Shown in pieces: positions 1 to 10,050 of a DNA stretch of 64,000 nt. The stretch's first letter is position 1; the number at the start of each line of letters is the position of its first letter. Position numbers and translations under genes: made by a program. The notes under the pieces were generated by a model that saw only the letters and a list, made by a program, of their open reading frames with translations, was not told the DNA's origin and made no database searches. This DNA comes from an uncultured delta proteobacterium (GTDB taxonomy: Bacteria; Myxococcota_A; Polyangia; Haliangiales; Haliangiaceae), in NCBI GenBank assembly GCA_963848295.1, contig CAWKDB010000004.1:224001-288000 (forward strand), read 5' to 3'.

Positions 1-493
1 TGCGACCGCTCGCCGACGGGCCGATCCACGGACCGCTGCGCACGATCACCGTGTTCGGTCGCTCGAGCATGAGCCGCTCCGCCGCGACGCGCGTGCGGCC
101 GTAGACGCTGAGCGGGTCGGTCGGCGATGTCTCGTCATAGGGGCCGGTGTCGCCGCTGAACACGTGGTCACTCGAGCAATACACGATGCGCGCGGTCGCC
201 GGCGCGTGTGCGATCAGGAGGCGCATCGCCTCGACGTTCACCGCCCACGCAAATTCCGGCGCGCGTTCGCAGTGCTCGACGTCGCACACGCCCGCGCACT
301 GCACGATCAGCGAGGGTTGCACGCGCGAGAACAGCTCGATCACCGCGGTTTCGTCATCGAGATCGATGCCGCCGACGGTACCGGGTGGCGGCTCGCGCGT
401 CGCGGTGTTGCAATACGCGGTGACGTCCGGACGCGCTCGCAGCAGCGACCAGCCGAGCATCGAGCTCGCGCCGAAGAGGATGCGCTCGGTCAC
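1..493 (-). CDS. RmlD-like sugar-nucleotide reductase / NAD(P)-dependent epimerase (3' end outside window)
   Basis: Manual translation of - strand: VTERILFGASSMLG (Rossmann), VYCSSDHVFSGDTGPYDETSPTDPLSVYGRTR (RmlD-type; YxxxK appears as YxxxR). Not in ORF track because it runs off the edge. Confidence 0.8.
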   Translation of the reverse strand, partial: MTERILFGASSMLGWSLLRARPDVTAYCNTATREPPPGTVGGIDLDDETAVIELFSRVQPSLIVQCAGVCDVEHCERAPEFAWAVNVEAMRLLIAHAPATARIVYCSSDHVFSGDTGPYDETSPTDPLSVYGRTRVAAERLMLERPNTVIVRSGPWIGPSASGR

Positions 494-670
494 GTCGCCC
501 GAACCTACCGCGTGACGAAGCAGCAGCAGCAAGGGCTGTTACATCGTCTACAAGCTGAAGCCCACTACAGCGCGATGACGCGCGGCAGCGCTCGCGACAG
601 TGCTGCCAGGCAGCACTCGCCTGGTGTCGCGGTTTCGAAAAGCGCCGCTCGTGGTCTTGCGCGGTTGCAG

Positions 671-686
671 CGGCGCGCGCGTTGCA
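671..686 (+). promoter_or_regulatory. Putative sigma54 -24/-12 promoter
   Basis: cGGcgcgcgcgTTGCa: GG-N10-GC spacing, 13 nt before ATG 699. Confidence 0.4.
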
Positions 687-698
687 AATCAACGGTTC

Positions 699-1115
699 AT
701 GTTGAAGTGGCTCGCCTTGATCGCGGTCGTCGCTGGCTGTACCGGCGATGACTCCGTGAGTTACCTGCAGCGGGTCGATACCGGCTCGACGTGGCATCTC
801 ACGTTCGGTGCCCCAACTCCACAGGCGGGCAGCCCAGGACCGTGCCCGACGCTTGCGCCGATCAGAATCGAGCTCCCCGCGCAGACCTGCACGTCCGCTA
901 GCGGCACTGCCGCGTGCTCCTTGATGTTTGTTTACGATGCCGATGGCGGCTCATTCGGGTCGTCCTCGGTAAGCAGCGACTTCGCCGCCGACTCCGGCTC
1001 GTTGTCCTGTCACGGTAGCGATCCCGAGCACGACACGACCGTAAGCTGTTACTTCGAAGACCCGAGCTCGCTTACGTTCTGCGACTACTCCGGCCAGCTC
1101 GCCGAGGTCGACTAG
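699..1115 (+). CDS. Hypothetical Cys-rich lipoprotein
   Basis: MLKWLALIAVVAGC lipobox; several Cys. Confidence 0.65.
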   Translation: MLKWLALIAVVAGCTGDDSVSYLQRVDTGSTWHLTFGAPTPQAGSPGPCPTLAPIRIELPAQTCTSASGTAACSLMFVYDADGGSFGSSSVSSDFAADSGSLSCHGSDPEHDTTVSCYFEDPSSLTFCDYSGQLAEVD

Positions 1116-1154
1116 CGTCCGCAAGCGCACGCCGTCTGGGTTACGATAGCGAGG

Positions 1155-3569
1155 ATGAGGTGGTGGCTCGTCGTGGTGATCACTGCAGCGACCGGCTGCA
1201 TCGCGGATCCGACCGTGCCCTGCGGCGATCTCGCGTGTCCCGCCGGCGACACGTGCACCGCGGCGGGTTGCGCGACGGCGCAAGCCGCGGCGGCGTGCGA
1301 CGGCAAGACCGACGGCGACCGGTGTTCGAACACGGCGATCGCGAACGGCGCGTGCGGCGGCGGCGCGTGCCATCCGATCGTGTGCGGCGACGGCATCATC
1401 GATCCGGGCGAAGCGTGCGACGACGGTAACGCCGTCGGCGGCGACGGCTGTTCGGCGTCGTGTAACTCCGACGAGAAGTGCGGTAACGGGGTCGTCGATA
1501 TCGCGCTCGGAGAGGAATGCGACGATGGCAATCTGTTGTCCGGCGACGGCTGCGCTTCGACATGCAAGATCGAGCTGCCGACCTGGACCGACGTGACGCC
1601 GAGCCCGATCACGCCGCGCTCCGAGCTGATGATCGCGTTCGACAGCAACCGCTCGCGCGTCGTCGTGTTCGGCGGGTTCAGCGCGACGCAGACGCTCGGC
1701 GACACCTGGGAGTGGAACCTCACGAGCTGGTCGCGGCAGGTCCCGATCACGTCACCACCCGCGCGGTCCGACGCGGCGATGGCGTACGACGCCAAGCACG
1801 GCGTCACCGTCCTGTTCGGCGGTGCCGGGGCAGCCGGCGCGCTCGGCGATACCTGGATGTGGGACGGGACGACCTGGACGCAGCTCACGCCGCCGACCTC
1901 ACCGCCACCGCGCGCATTTGCGAAGATGGCCTTCGATCCGGTGCTCGGCCGCACCGTGCTGTTCGGCGGCGCGGATGACACCGCCGTCCCGCTCCAAGAC
2001 ACGTGGGAGTGGGACGGCACGGCGTGGACGCAAGCGCACCCCGCGCACCAGCCGCCCGCGGTCACCGGCCACATGATGACGTACGACACCGACGACAGCG
2101 CCGTGTTTCTCTACGGCGGTGTTCCGTACGACGGCCCGGGCCCGCGCGGGACGTGGGAGTACGACGGCAGCGATTGGAAGCAGCTCATCACGTTGACCCT
2201 ACCCGGGCCGGCTTACGACGGCGCGATCGCCGACGACGAGACGAACCATCAGATCGTCGTGCTCGATGGCTACACCGCGACTGGCAACCCGATCGGCGAG
2301 CAGTGGGCGTTCAACGGCAGCGACTGGGTCAAGCAGGTGCCAACGACCTCGCCGCCGGCTCGCGCCGATGCGGGCCTCGTCTATGTGGGCGCCCCGGCCG
2401 GGGTCGTGTTGTTCGGCGGCCAGGCGGTGAACGGGACGATGTTCGGCGACACGTGGGAGTGGAGCGGCACGCAGTGGTCGGTAAACCCGATCTCGGCAGT
2501 GAACCCGGTACCGCGCGCGTATTCGCAGGCGGTCTATGACTCGACCCACGGTGACATCGTCATGTTCGGAGGCTGGGACGACGGCGAGAACGCGCTCGCG
2601 GACACCTGGATCTGGGATGCGCACGGTTGGTCTTCACGCCCGTCGGCGTCTCAGCCGATCGCGCGGATCTCCGCCGGCTTTGCCGACGATTCCGCACGCG
2701 GTCGCCAGGTGCTATTCGGCGGTCTGTCGAGCGCCGACCAGCCGCTCGCGGACACCGCCGAGTTCGACGGCGTGAACTGGCACACCTTGACCCCGGTCGA
2801 TTCTCCGCCGGCGCGTTACGTGCCCGCGATGGCCTACGATTCGGTCCACCACCAGACCGTGCTGTTCGGCGGCTTCGACAACGTGAGCTCGCTCGGCGAC
2901 ACCTGGACGTGGGATGGTACGAACTGGACGCAGCTCACGCCGGCGACCTCGCCTCCCGCGCGCAGCGGCGCCGCGATGGCCTACGATCCGATCCGCGAGC
3001 GCCTCGTGTTGTTCGGCGGCGACGACGACACGAACACGCTCGGCGACACCTGGGAGTGGGACGGCGCGACGTGGACCGAGATGACGCCGGTGACCTCGCC
3101 GGCGCCGCGCTCGTTTCATCGCATGGTCTACAACGCGCAGCGCAGGCGCGTGATGTTGCTCGGTGGCGTGGGCCTCGGTGCGTTCGGCGACACGTGGGAG
3201 TGGGACGGCACGAGCTGGACCGAGGTTCAGCTCCAGGTCGCTCCGACCGAGCGCTGGGGCTCGGTGGCCGCGTACGACGGATTTCGCCGCCAGGTTGTCG
3301 TGTTCGGCGGCTATAGCGCCGGCGGTCCGACACTCGGCGACACTCAGGTGCTCGACTTCGTGTCGTCGGCACCGGTCGAGCGCTGCTTGCTCGCGGCCGA
3401 CGACGACGATGGTGACGGGCTCGCCGGCTGCATGGATCCCGACTGCTGGGCGCGCTGCGCTCCAGACTGCCCACCCGGGACGAGCTGTGCGCCGGGCGCG
3501 CCGAGCTGCGGCGATGGCACGTGCTCGCCGATCGAGGACTCGCTGATCTGTCCGAGCGACTGTCCGTAG
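1155..3569 (+). CDS. Kelch-repeat lipoprotein with myxobacterial Cys-rich repeats (CGDG...EACDDGN...GDGCS)
   Basis: Lipobox ATGC; two CGD/NG..CDDGN..GDGC repeats; about 12 VLFGG...DTWEWDG repeats. Confidence 0.9.
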   Translation: MRWWLVVVITAATGCIADPTVPCGDLACPAGDTCTAAGCATAQAAAACDGKTDGDRCSNTAIANGACGGGACHPIVCGDGIIDPGEACDDGNAVGGDGCSASCNSDEKCGNGVVDIALGEECDDGNLLSGDGCASTCKIELPTWTDVTPSPITPRSELMIAFDSNRSRVVVFGGFSATQTLGDTWEWNLTSWSRQVPITSPPARSDAAMAYDAKHGVTVLFGGAGAAGALGDTWMWDGTTWTQLTPPTSPPPRAFAKMAFDPVLGRTVLFGGADDTAVPLQDTWEWDGTAWTQAHPAHQPPAVTGHMMTYDTDDSAVFLYGGVPYDGPGPRGTWEYDGSDWKQLITLTLPGPAYDGAIADDETNHQIVVLDGYTATGNPIGEQWAFNGSDWVKQVPTTSPPARADAGLVYVGAPAGVVLFGGQAVNGTMFGDTWEWSGTQWSVNPISAVNPVPRAYSQAVYDSTHGDIVMFGGWDDGENALADTWIWDAHGWSSRPSASQPIARISAGFADDSARGRQVLFGGLSSADQPLADTAEFDGVNWHTLTPVDSPPARYVPAMAYDSVHHQTVLFGGFDNVSSLGDTWTWDGTNWTQLTPATSPPARSGAAMAYDPIRERLVLFGGDDDTNTLGDTWEWDGATWTEMTPVTSPAPRSFHRMVYNAQRRRVMLLGGVGLGAFGDTWEWDGTSWTEVQLQVAPTERWGSVAAYDGFRRQVVVFGGYSAGGPTLGDTQVLDFVSSAPVERCLLAADDDDGDGLAGCMDPDCWARCAPDCPPGTSCAPGAPSCGDGTCSPIEDSLICPSDCP

Positions 3570-3586
3570 CGATACAGTCCACTCGG

Positions 3587-6229
3587 GTGGAGACGATCGG
3601 GCGCTACAAGATCGTGCAGCTGCTGGGCTACGGCGGCATGGGCCAGGTGTTCCTCGCGCGCGATCCGACCCTCGAGCGCGACGTCGCCTTGAAGCTGCTG
3701 CGCCGCGACGCGACGCAGAGCACGCTGCGCGACGAAGCGAAGGCTCTCGCCGCGCTCAATCACCCCGGCATCGTCACGATCTACGAGATCGGCGATCACG
3801 ACGGCCAGGACTTCATCACGATGGAGTACCTGCCCGGGCGCTCGCTGCGCCAGCTGTTGCAAGACACCGCCGGTCGAACCGATCGGCGGGCGCTGCTCGC
3901 GATCTGCGCGAAGGTCGCCTCCGCGGTCGGCGCCGCGCACCGCGCGGGCATCCTGCATCGCGACATCAAGCCCGAGAACATCGTCGTCGGCGCGACCGGC
4001 GACGTGAAGGTCGTCGACTTCGGCATCGCGCGGCGGCTCGAGCACGCGCAAGCGCCGCGGACGCGAGCGGTCAGCGCGACCGAGGTCGTCGAGATCCTGC
4101 GCAAGACGATGCCGGCGGAGCAGGGCACCGACACGATCGTCAGCGCCGGCACGCAGACCGTGTTCGGCACGCCCGCATACATGGCGCCCGAGGTGTTACT
4201 CGGCGAGCGCTCCACCGAAGCGAGCGACATCTACAGCATCGGGATCATCATCTACGAGTGCCTCAGCGGCCGGCGACCGTACGAGGGCGTCTCGCTGCAC
4301 GAGGTGATGGCGCAGATGATCGATGGGCCGCCGCCCGCGCTCGTCGACCGACTCGGCGCCTTCATCAATCGCTTGCTCGTGCCCGAGCCCGAGGCACGGC
4401 CGCCGCTCGACGAGATCGCCGCGCGGTTGCTGCGTCCCGATAGCGCGATCGCCGCGGTCGTGCGGCCGAAGCGCCAGTGGCCGGTGATCGCGCTCGCCGC
4501 GCTCGTCACGATCGGGCTCGCCTTCGGCGCGTGGCAGCTCGCGAGCTCGCGCGGCACGCCACCGCCGACGCCGGCGGCAGTCGCGACTCCTCGAGCTGCG
4601 ATCGCGGTCGCACCGCTCGCGCTCGACGTCCCGAGCTATGGCGACGAGCCGCCGAACGGCGAGGTCGTCGCGAACGCGCTCGCGAAGCTGCTCGAGCAAG
4701 TCGACGGCTTGCAAGTCCGCGGTGTCGCGCTCGCGGGCGGGAGCGTAGATCCGCGCGCCGCGGTCAGCACGCTCGACGTCAACTACTTGCTGACCGGCAG
4801 CATCAAGGAGCGCGACGCGCAGCTGCATGGCTCGTTCGAGCTCGTCGACGCCAAGACCGGTGCGCAGGTCTCGACGATCGATGTCGAGCAGCCGTCACCG
4901 CAGATCGCGCAACTGCTCGATGCCGTCACTCGCGAGGTCGCGCGTACGATCGCGCCCGCGGCGAAGCTCGCCCCGCCGAGCCGGCTGCGCGCCGACGCGT
5001 TCGATCAGCTCGGACGCCCGTTGCTCGAAGCGGGTCGATTCACCGAGGCGAGGCCGTACTTCGAGCAGATGGTCGATGCCGATCCGACCTCGTTCGAGGG
5101 TTGGTACGCGCTCGCGCTCGTGCTCGGCTGGAACGGCGCGCAAGAACCGCTCGTCCTCGCCGCGACCGAGCGCGCGCTCGCGCTTGCCCCGGCCGGCCCG
5201 AAGAAGGAGCTGATGCGCGGCGTGTCGCTGTATCTCCACGGCGACTTTGCCGGCGCGCGCGCTGCGCTCGAACCGCTCGACGCTGCCGCGAAGACCCGCG
5301 CCGATCGCCGCGAGGTGCTGTACTACCTCGGCGAAGCGAACTGGCACGATGGCCGCCACGCCGCCGCGTTCGGCTACTTCAAGCGCACGCTCGACGAGGA
5401 TCAGCACTTCCGGCCGGCGACCGTCCACGCGTGGCAATACGCCGTCGCGCGACGCGACGCCGAGGCCGCGAGCTTCTACATCGGCCTGGCGAACGAGAGT
5501 CGCGAGTGGAGCGAGCTCGCGCAACGCCACTATGCCGCGGTGGCCGACCGCGGCGTGTATCCGTACGACTTGTGGGCGCACGTCATTCTCGGCGACGGCT
5601 TGCCGGCCGAGCTCGAGGCGAGGATGCAGAGCGACGAGCTCGACGCGGTCGGGTTTCGCGTCGCGCGCGCGATCGAGGCCGGTACGCCAGACGTCGCCAC
5701 CACCGAGCTCGCCGCCGCATGGAAGCGGATCCTCGCGGATCGCGATGCGCACCGGCTGTCCGGCCGCACGTTCTACGATCTGGAGTCGATCGGCGAGATC
5801 GTGATCAGCGCCGGCATGAAGGACGAGGCTCGCCGGCTCGTCACGTTTCTCGCCGAGCAATCGACCCACGAACCGGTGCGCGGCTATCACCGGCTGTCGA
5901 ACCTCGCGGCGCCGTTGCTCGGCGACGCCACGCTCCTGGTGCGCACGGGAGTGTCAGAGCGCAACGCGCGACTCGCCGACGCCGGCGCCGCCGAGCTCGC
6001 CGACGATCATGGCAAGGCCGTGGCGATCCTCGCCAAGCTCGTTGCCGATCCGACGTTCACGTGGGATTACCCGGAGCGCGCGGCGTTGATCCGCAACTTG
6101 CGCGCGCTCGAGCGGTCGAAGGACGTCGCCGCGCTGTGCGCCGATACCGTTCATCCCGCGATCTACCGAACCGCGCTGCCGGTGTTGCGCCGGCTGTGCA
6201 AGACGCCGCCCACTCACGCGACGCTGTAA
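3587..6229 (+). CDS. Ser/Thr protein kinase with TM helix, TolB-N-like region and TPRs
   Basis: LGYGGMG, VALK, HRDIKPEN, DFG, GTPAYMAPE; TM segment; helical repeats. GTG start chosen at 3587. Confidence 0.9.
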   Translation: METIGRYKIVQLLGYGGMGQVFLARDPTLERDVALKLLRRDATQSTLRDEAKALAALNHPGIVTIYEIGDHDGQDFITMEYLPGRSLRQLLQDTAGRTDRRALLAICAKVASAVGAAHRAGILHRDIKPENIVVGATGDVKVVDFGIARRLEHAQAPRTRAVSATEVVEILRKTMPAEQGTDTIVSAGTQTVFGTPAYMAPEVLLGERSTEASDIYSIGIIIYECLSGRRPYEGVSLHEVMAQMIDGPPPALVDRLGAFINRLLVPEPEARPPLDEIAARLLRPDSAIAAVVRPKRQWPVIALAALVTIGLAFGAWQLASSRGTPPPTPAAVATPRAAIAVAPLALDVPSYGDEPPNGEVVANALAKLLEQVDGLQVRGVALAGGSVDPRAAVSTLDVNYLLTGSIKERDAQLHGSFELVDAKTGAQVSTIDVEQPSPQIAQLLDAVTREVARTIAPAAKLAPPSRLRADAFDQLGRPLLEAGRFTEARPYFEQMVDADPTSFEGWYALALVLGWNGAQEPLVLAATERALALAPAGPKKELMRGVSLYLHGDFAGARAALEPLDAAAKTRADRREVLYYLGEANWHDGRHAAAFGYFKRTLDEDQHFRPATVHAWQYAVARRDAEAASFYIGLANESREWSELAQRHYAAVADRGVYPYDLWAHVILGDGLPAELEARMQSDELDAVGFRVARAIEAGTPDVATTELAAAWKRILADRDAHRLSGRTFYDLESIGEIVISAGMKDEARRLVTFLAEQSTHEPVRGYHRLSNLAAPLLGDATLLVRTGVSERNARLADAGAAELADDHGKAVAILAKLVADPTFTWDYPERAALIRNLRALERSKDVAALCADTVHPAIYRTALPVLRRLCKTPPTHATL

Positions 6230-6266
6230 CAACTCGTCGCGAGCCAACGTGGTTCAGTGAGGAGGC

Positions 6267-7269
6267 ATGCGCGCCATCGCTTTGTTCGCCTTGGTCGGGT
6301 GCGGCTCGCCGCCCGGCGCCGCGACGGATGCGCCGACCAGCCACGACCACGACGCGACACCCGCGATCGATGTCTTGGCCGACGCGCAGACCTGCGGGTT
6401 GCGCACCGGCATGCGCGGTCTGACGAGCCGCAGCGTTCAGGTCGATGGCCAGAACCGGACGTACCTCGTCTACCTGCCAGCGAACGTCGATCCCGGCGAG
6501 CCACTGCCGTTCGTGTTCGTGTTTCACGGCTACGTCATGAGCGGCCAGGAGATGCACGACATGACCCAGTACTCCGTGCTCGCCGACAGCGAGGGCATCG
6601 GCCTCGTGTTCCCCGACGGTGAAGCCGGACCCGATTCGCTCGGGTTTCCATGGAACGTCGAGAACACCGGCCAGACCGTGTGCGGCGCGGGCCAGGACGT
6701 CAACGCGACCGGCGATGACTTCGCGTTCATCGACGCGATGAAACAGGATGTCGCGCAAGATCAATGCATCGACGGCCAACACTTGTTCTCGAGCGGGTTC
6801 TCGATGGGCGGTTACTTCACCGAGCACATCGGCTGCTATCGCCGCGACTTCCACGGGCTCGCGCCGCACTCGGGCGGCACGATCGCGGATCTCTCGGTGT
6901 GCTCGACCGGCCACGTCCCGATCATCCTGTTCCACGGCACGTCCGATCCGGTGATCGACAACGGGTGTGACGACCCGACCGCGGGCGCGGTGTCCGGGTT
7001 TCCGGCTGCTGCGACGCTGTGGGCCGCGCACAACGGCTGCGCCGCGACCTATACGACGATCCCGATGAACGGCGCGGGCGGCGGCAACGGGCAGTGTTAC
7101 GTCTACGACGGTTGTCCGGCGGACGGACAAGTCGAGCTGTGCACGTTCGACTCGATGGGGCATTGTTGGGCCGGCGGCGCGACCGACAGGAGCGGCGGGC
7201 AACGCGTGCCCGAGCTACGCGAACGCGACGCAGCTGCAGTGGAGCTTCTTCAAGCAGTACGCGTGGTGA
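6267..7269 (+). CDS. PHB depolymerase/LpqC-family esterase lipoprotein (frameshift near 7195)
   Basis: RBS GAGGAGG; lipobox; RTYLVYLP, FVFHG, GFSMGG nucleophile, FHGTSD, GHCWAGG. Natural C-terminus NACPSYANATQLQWSFFKQYAW* lies in another frame and ends at TGA 7267-7269. Confidence 0.85.
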
Positions 7270-7392
7270 GCGCGCTCAGCCCACGTGGCATCGACGACGC
7301 AGATAACCGGCTCATGACGCATCATAAACGCGGCGGCGGGCCGGATCAGCTCGTCACGCGCCACGCGATGTGCCACCGTCGGCGCGCCCGAG

Positions 7393-8513
7393 ATGCACGA
7401 GTCGATCCGACAGCGCCTGCGCCGCACGACGTGGCAAGCGATCGACCTCGCGTGGACCGAGCAATGGCGTGCGCTCCGCATCATCGCCACGCCGTGGATG
7501 AAGCAGGAGCTCGCGGCCGCTCGCGCGAAGCTGCGCGGCGAGCGCCCGGCCAGCAGCGCTCCACCGCGTCGGACTCTGGCGTCCCGGCCATCGATCGCGG
7601 CGCGCTCGACGGCTGGATCCGCGACGCCGCGCCGCCCGGCGTGCCGTTCGAGGCGGTCGTCTTGCCCGGGAGCGAGTTGCGCGCGCGGTTCGGCGCCGGA
7701 GCCGACCACCGCCGCAGCTTGCATCTGCTCGGCAAGCTGCGGATGACCCATCGCGCGCTGCCGAGCGAGGCGGTCGTCGTGATCGCGCTGTTCAGCGATG
7801 TCGCCGCCGATTACTACGTCGAGACGATGGCGGCGGACGTCGCGGCGGACATCAACCGTGCGCACGGCAGCCCCATCGCGGTCGCCGACGCGCAAGCCGC
7901 GGTGCCGGTCGTGCTCAAGGAGATCGCGACCGCGGCCGGGCTCGGCCGGATCGGCAAGAACGCCTTGTTCTTCTCGCACCGCTTCGGCTTCAACTGCAAG
8001 CTCGCGGTCGTGCTGCTCGACGCGCCGGTCTCGCGCTACGAGCCGACGCCGACGACCGCCGAGTGGAAGCTGCCCGACTGCTCGACCTGCAACCTGTGCG
8101 TCGAGGCGTGCCCGGTCAGCGCGTTCGACGACTACGTGATCACGAAGGTGCCGTCGTGCGACCGCGTGATCGCCGGGGACTTCTTCGGCGCGCGTCGCGA
8201 TCATATGTGTCGCGCGTGCATCACGCGCTGCCCGGTGTCGAACGACGTGTTGAAGCTGCGCCGCAACGAAGGCGCGCCGCAGCGCACGTTCTGGGACAAC
8301 GAGGCGCAGCTGTCGATCGTCGCGGACCTGTTCGCGGACCGCCCGTCATTCTGGATCTGGGTGCTGCAGCGGTTCTATTACGGCGCCGGATTGCCCGGGC
8401 GCGAGCGCGCCGCGAAGAAGGACGTCGCGTCGGTGTTCACGTCGGCGTTGAGCATCACGACGAGCGACCGCACGCGCGATGGTTGGCGGCTCAGCGCGAA
8501 GAAGCGCCGTTAG
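7393..8513 (+). CDS. QueG/reductive-dehalogenase-like double 4Fe-4S protein (frameshift near 7565)
   Basis: AAGLGRIGKN motif; CSTCNLCVEACP and C...CRACITRCP. The N-terminus is probably the 7393 ORF. Confidence 0.7.
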
Positions 8514-9653
8514 CTACTTCGTCGCTTTGAGGTCTCTGATCTCTTGGTTGACCTTGGCGAGCTCATCGTCGGCGCGCGTCCTCAGCGCGTTGACCTCCTT
8601 GCCTATCAGAGGATCTGGCGTGCGCGCGAGTTGCTCCATCTGCCGCCACCACCCGACGCGCGTGCCGAGGTACTGCTCGAGGTCGGCGAACAGCGGCTGT
8701 AACCTTTCCGGAACGTCCTCGCGCGGGAACGCCTTGAGCTTGGCGCGCAACGCCTCGAATGGCGCGATCACGTCGCGCTCGAGCGCGTCGGCGAACTGCG
8801 GGTCCGGCTCGGTCTTGTTCCACTGCTCGACCAACTCGCGATAGTGCGCGAGCGTCTTGTTGTGCATGGCGTCGAATTCTTGGAGCAACGGCAGGTAGCT
8901 CTTGGTCGACGGAATCGCGAACAGCACAGCGATCGCGATGCCGACGCCGGCGACCGCCACGATCGCCGCGCGCAGCGCGGGTCTCCCGCTTCGCCCGCTT
9001 CGCCCCTGTGTCCATGCGATCGCGTAGCCGCCGACAAAGCCGGCGACCAATCCCGTGAAATGCGCGGTCATGTCCACGCCCGTTGCGGAGAAGCCGTAGA
9101 CGAAGTTGATCGCGAAGAACAAGCCGAGCCGACTCATCGTGCTCGACCACGCGCGCGGGTCGAGCTTCGCGCGCCGCACGATCATCACGGCGGTGAACAC
9201 GCCGAACAAGCCGAATACCGCGCCCGACGCTCCGGCCGAGACCGCGTTCGGTTGCCGCGTGATGCTGGCGGCACCGCTGAGGATTCCCGTCGCGAAGTAC
9301 AGCGCGAGGAATTCGCCGCGGCCGACCATGCGCTCGACGACGCGCACCTGATACAGGCACACCATGTTCATCGCGATGTGGATGATGCCGTAGTGCAAGA
9401 ACATCGACGTCACGAGTCGCCACGGCTCGCCGTTGCGCGTGAGCACCGCGAAGTCGCCACCGAGATCGATCATCTTTTGCGGCGTCGCGCCGCTCACGCT
9501 CGCGCCCTTGACGAGCTCGTAGATGAACGCCGCGGCGTTGATCGCGATCAGCGCGTAGGTCGCCCACGCGTGCCACTTGGGGCCCGGTTCGCGCGCCGTT
9601 CGCGACGGCGCCGGTGGATCCTGCGTGGCCACGAAGTTCGGCACGTCGTCCAT
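8514..9653 (-). CDS. Rhomboid family intramembrane serine protease
   Basis: WRLVTSMFLH, HIAMN, GASG, AHFTG motifs; start MDDVP. Confidence 0.92.
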   Translation of the reverse strand: MDDVPNFVATQDPPAPSRTAREPGPKWHAWATYALIAINAAAFIYELVKGASVSGATPQKMIDLGGDFAVLTRNGEPWRLVTSMFLHYGIIHIAMNMVCLYQVRVVERMVGRGEFLALYFATGILSGAASITRQPNAVSAGASGAVFGLFGVFTAVMIVRRAKLDPRAWSSTMSRLGLFFAINFVYGFSATGVDMTAHFTGLVAGFVGGYAIAWTQGRSGRSGRPALRAAIVAVAGVGIAIAVLFAIPSTKSYLPLLQEFDAMHNKTLAHYRELVEQWNKTEPDPQFADALERDVIAPFEALRAKLKAFPREDVPERLQPLFADLEQYLGTRVGWWRQMEQLARTPDPLIGKEVNALRTRADDELAKVNQEIRDLKATK

Positions 9654-9676
9654 GGCGCGGATGCTACACTCGGGGC

Positions 9677-10030
9677 GTGGACGCCGATACCGCCGAACAC
9701 CTGCTCGATGGCTTGCCGCTCGTTCCCGTGATCGCCGGATCGATCGCGGACATGAAGGCGTTACGCGAGCGCTGCTTGGCCGCCGACATCCCCGCGCTCG
9801 TCGGTTGCCCACCGGGCGCCGGAAAAGGTTGAGGGACCAAGACGCACCTCCTGGTCGAGGAGGACGAGCTGCCGAGGGTCGCCGAGCTGCTGCGCGGTGA
9901 CTGGCGCGAGATGCTTCAGCGTGAAGGCGCCGCGCCAGTCGATCTCGACGCGTCGAAGTGCCCGGCCTGCGGCTGTGGCTCGCCGCTGGTCGCCGGCGCG
10001 TGCGCCGACTGCGGGCTGCAGCTCGAATAA
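9677..10030 (+). CDS. Putative selenoprotein (C-x7-U) with C-terminal zinc ribbon
   Basis: GTG 9677; ...LVGCPPGAGKG-TGA(9830-9832)-GTKTHLLVEEDELPRVAELLRGDW...CPACG...CADCGLQLE-TAA, all in one frame; SECIS-like hairpin follows. Confidence 0.75.
9843..9866 (+). promoter_or_regulatory. Putative bacterial SECIS element
   Basis: CCTCCT-GGTCG-AGGAGG perfect 6-bp stem; loop starts 20 nt after TGA and begins with GG. Confidence 0.65.
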
Positions 10031-10050
10031 CTAGTGGACGCAACAAACCG

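Noticed and set aside
6267..8513. 748-aa esterase-4Fe-4S fusion in ORF track
   Set aside because: The linker is non-protein-like. The esterase C-terminus and the FeS N-terminus sit in another frame, so the fusion arises from two frameshifts.
9835..9856. Alternative hairpin GACCA...TGGTC after the TGA
   Set aside because: Its loop is only about 10 nt from UGA, too close for a SECIS; the overlapping GGTCG-loop hairpin fits better.
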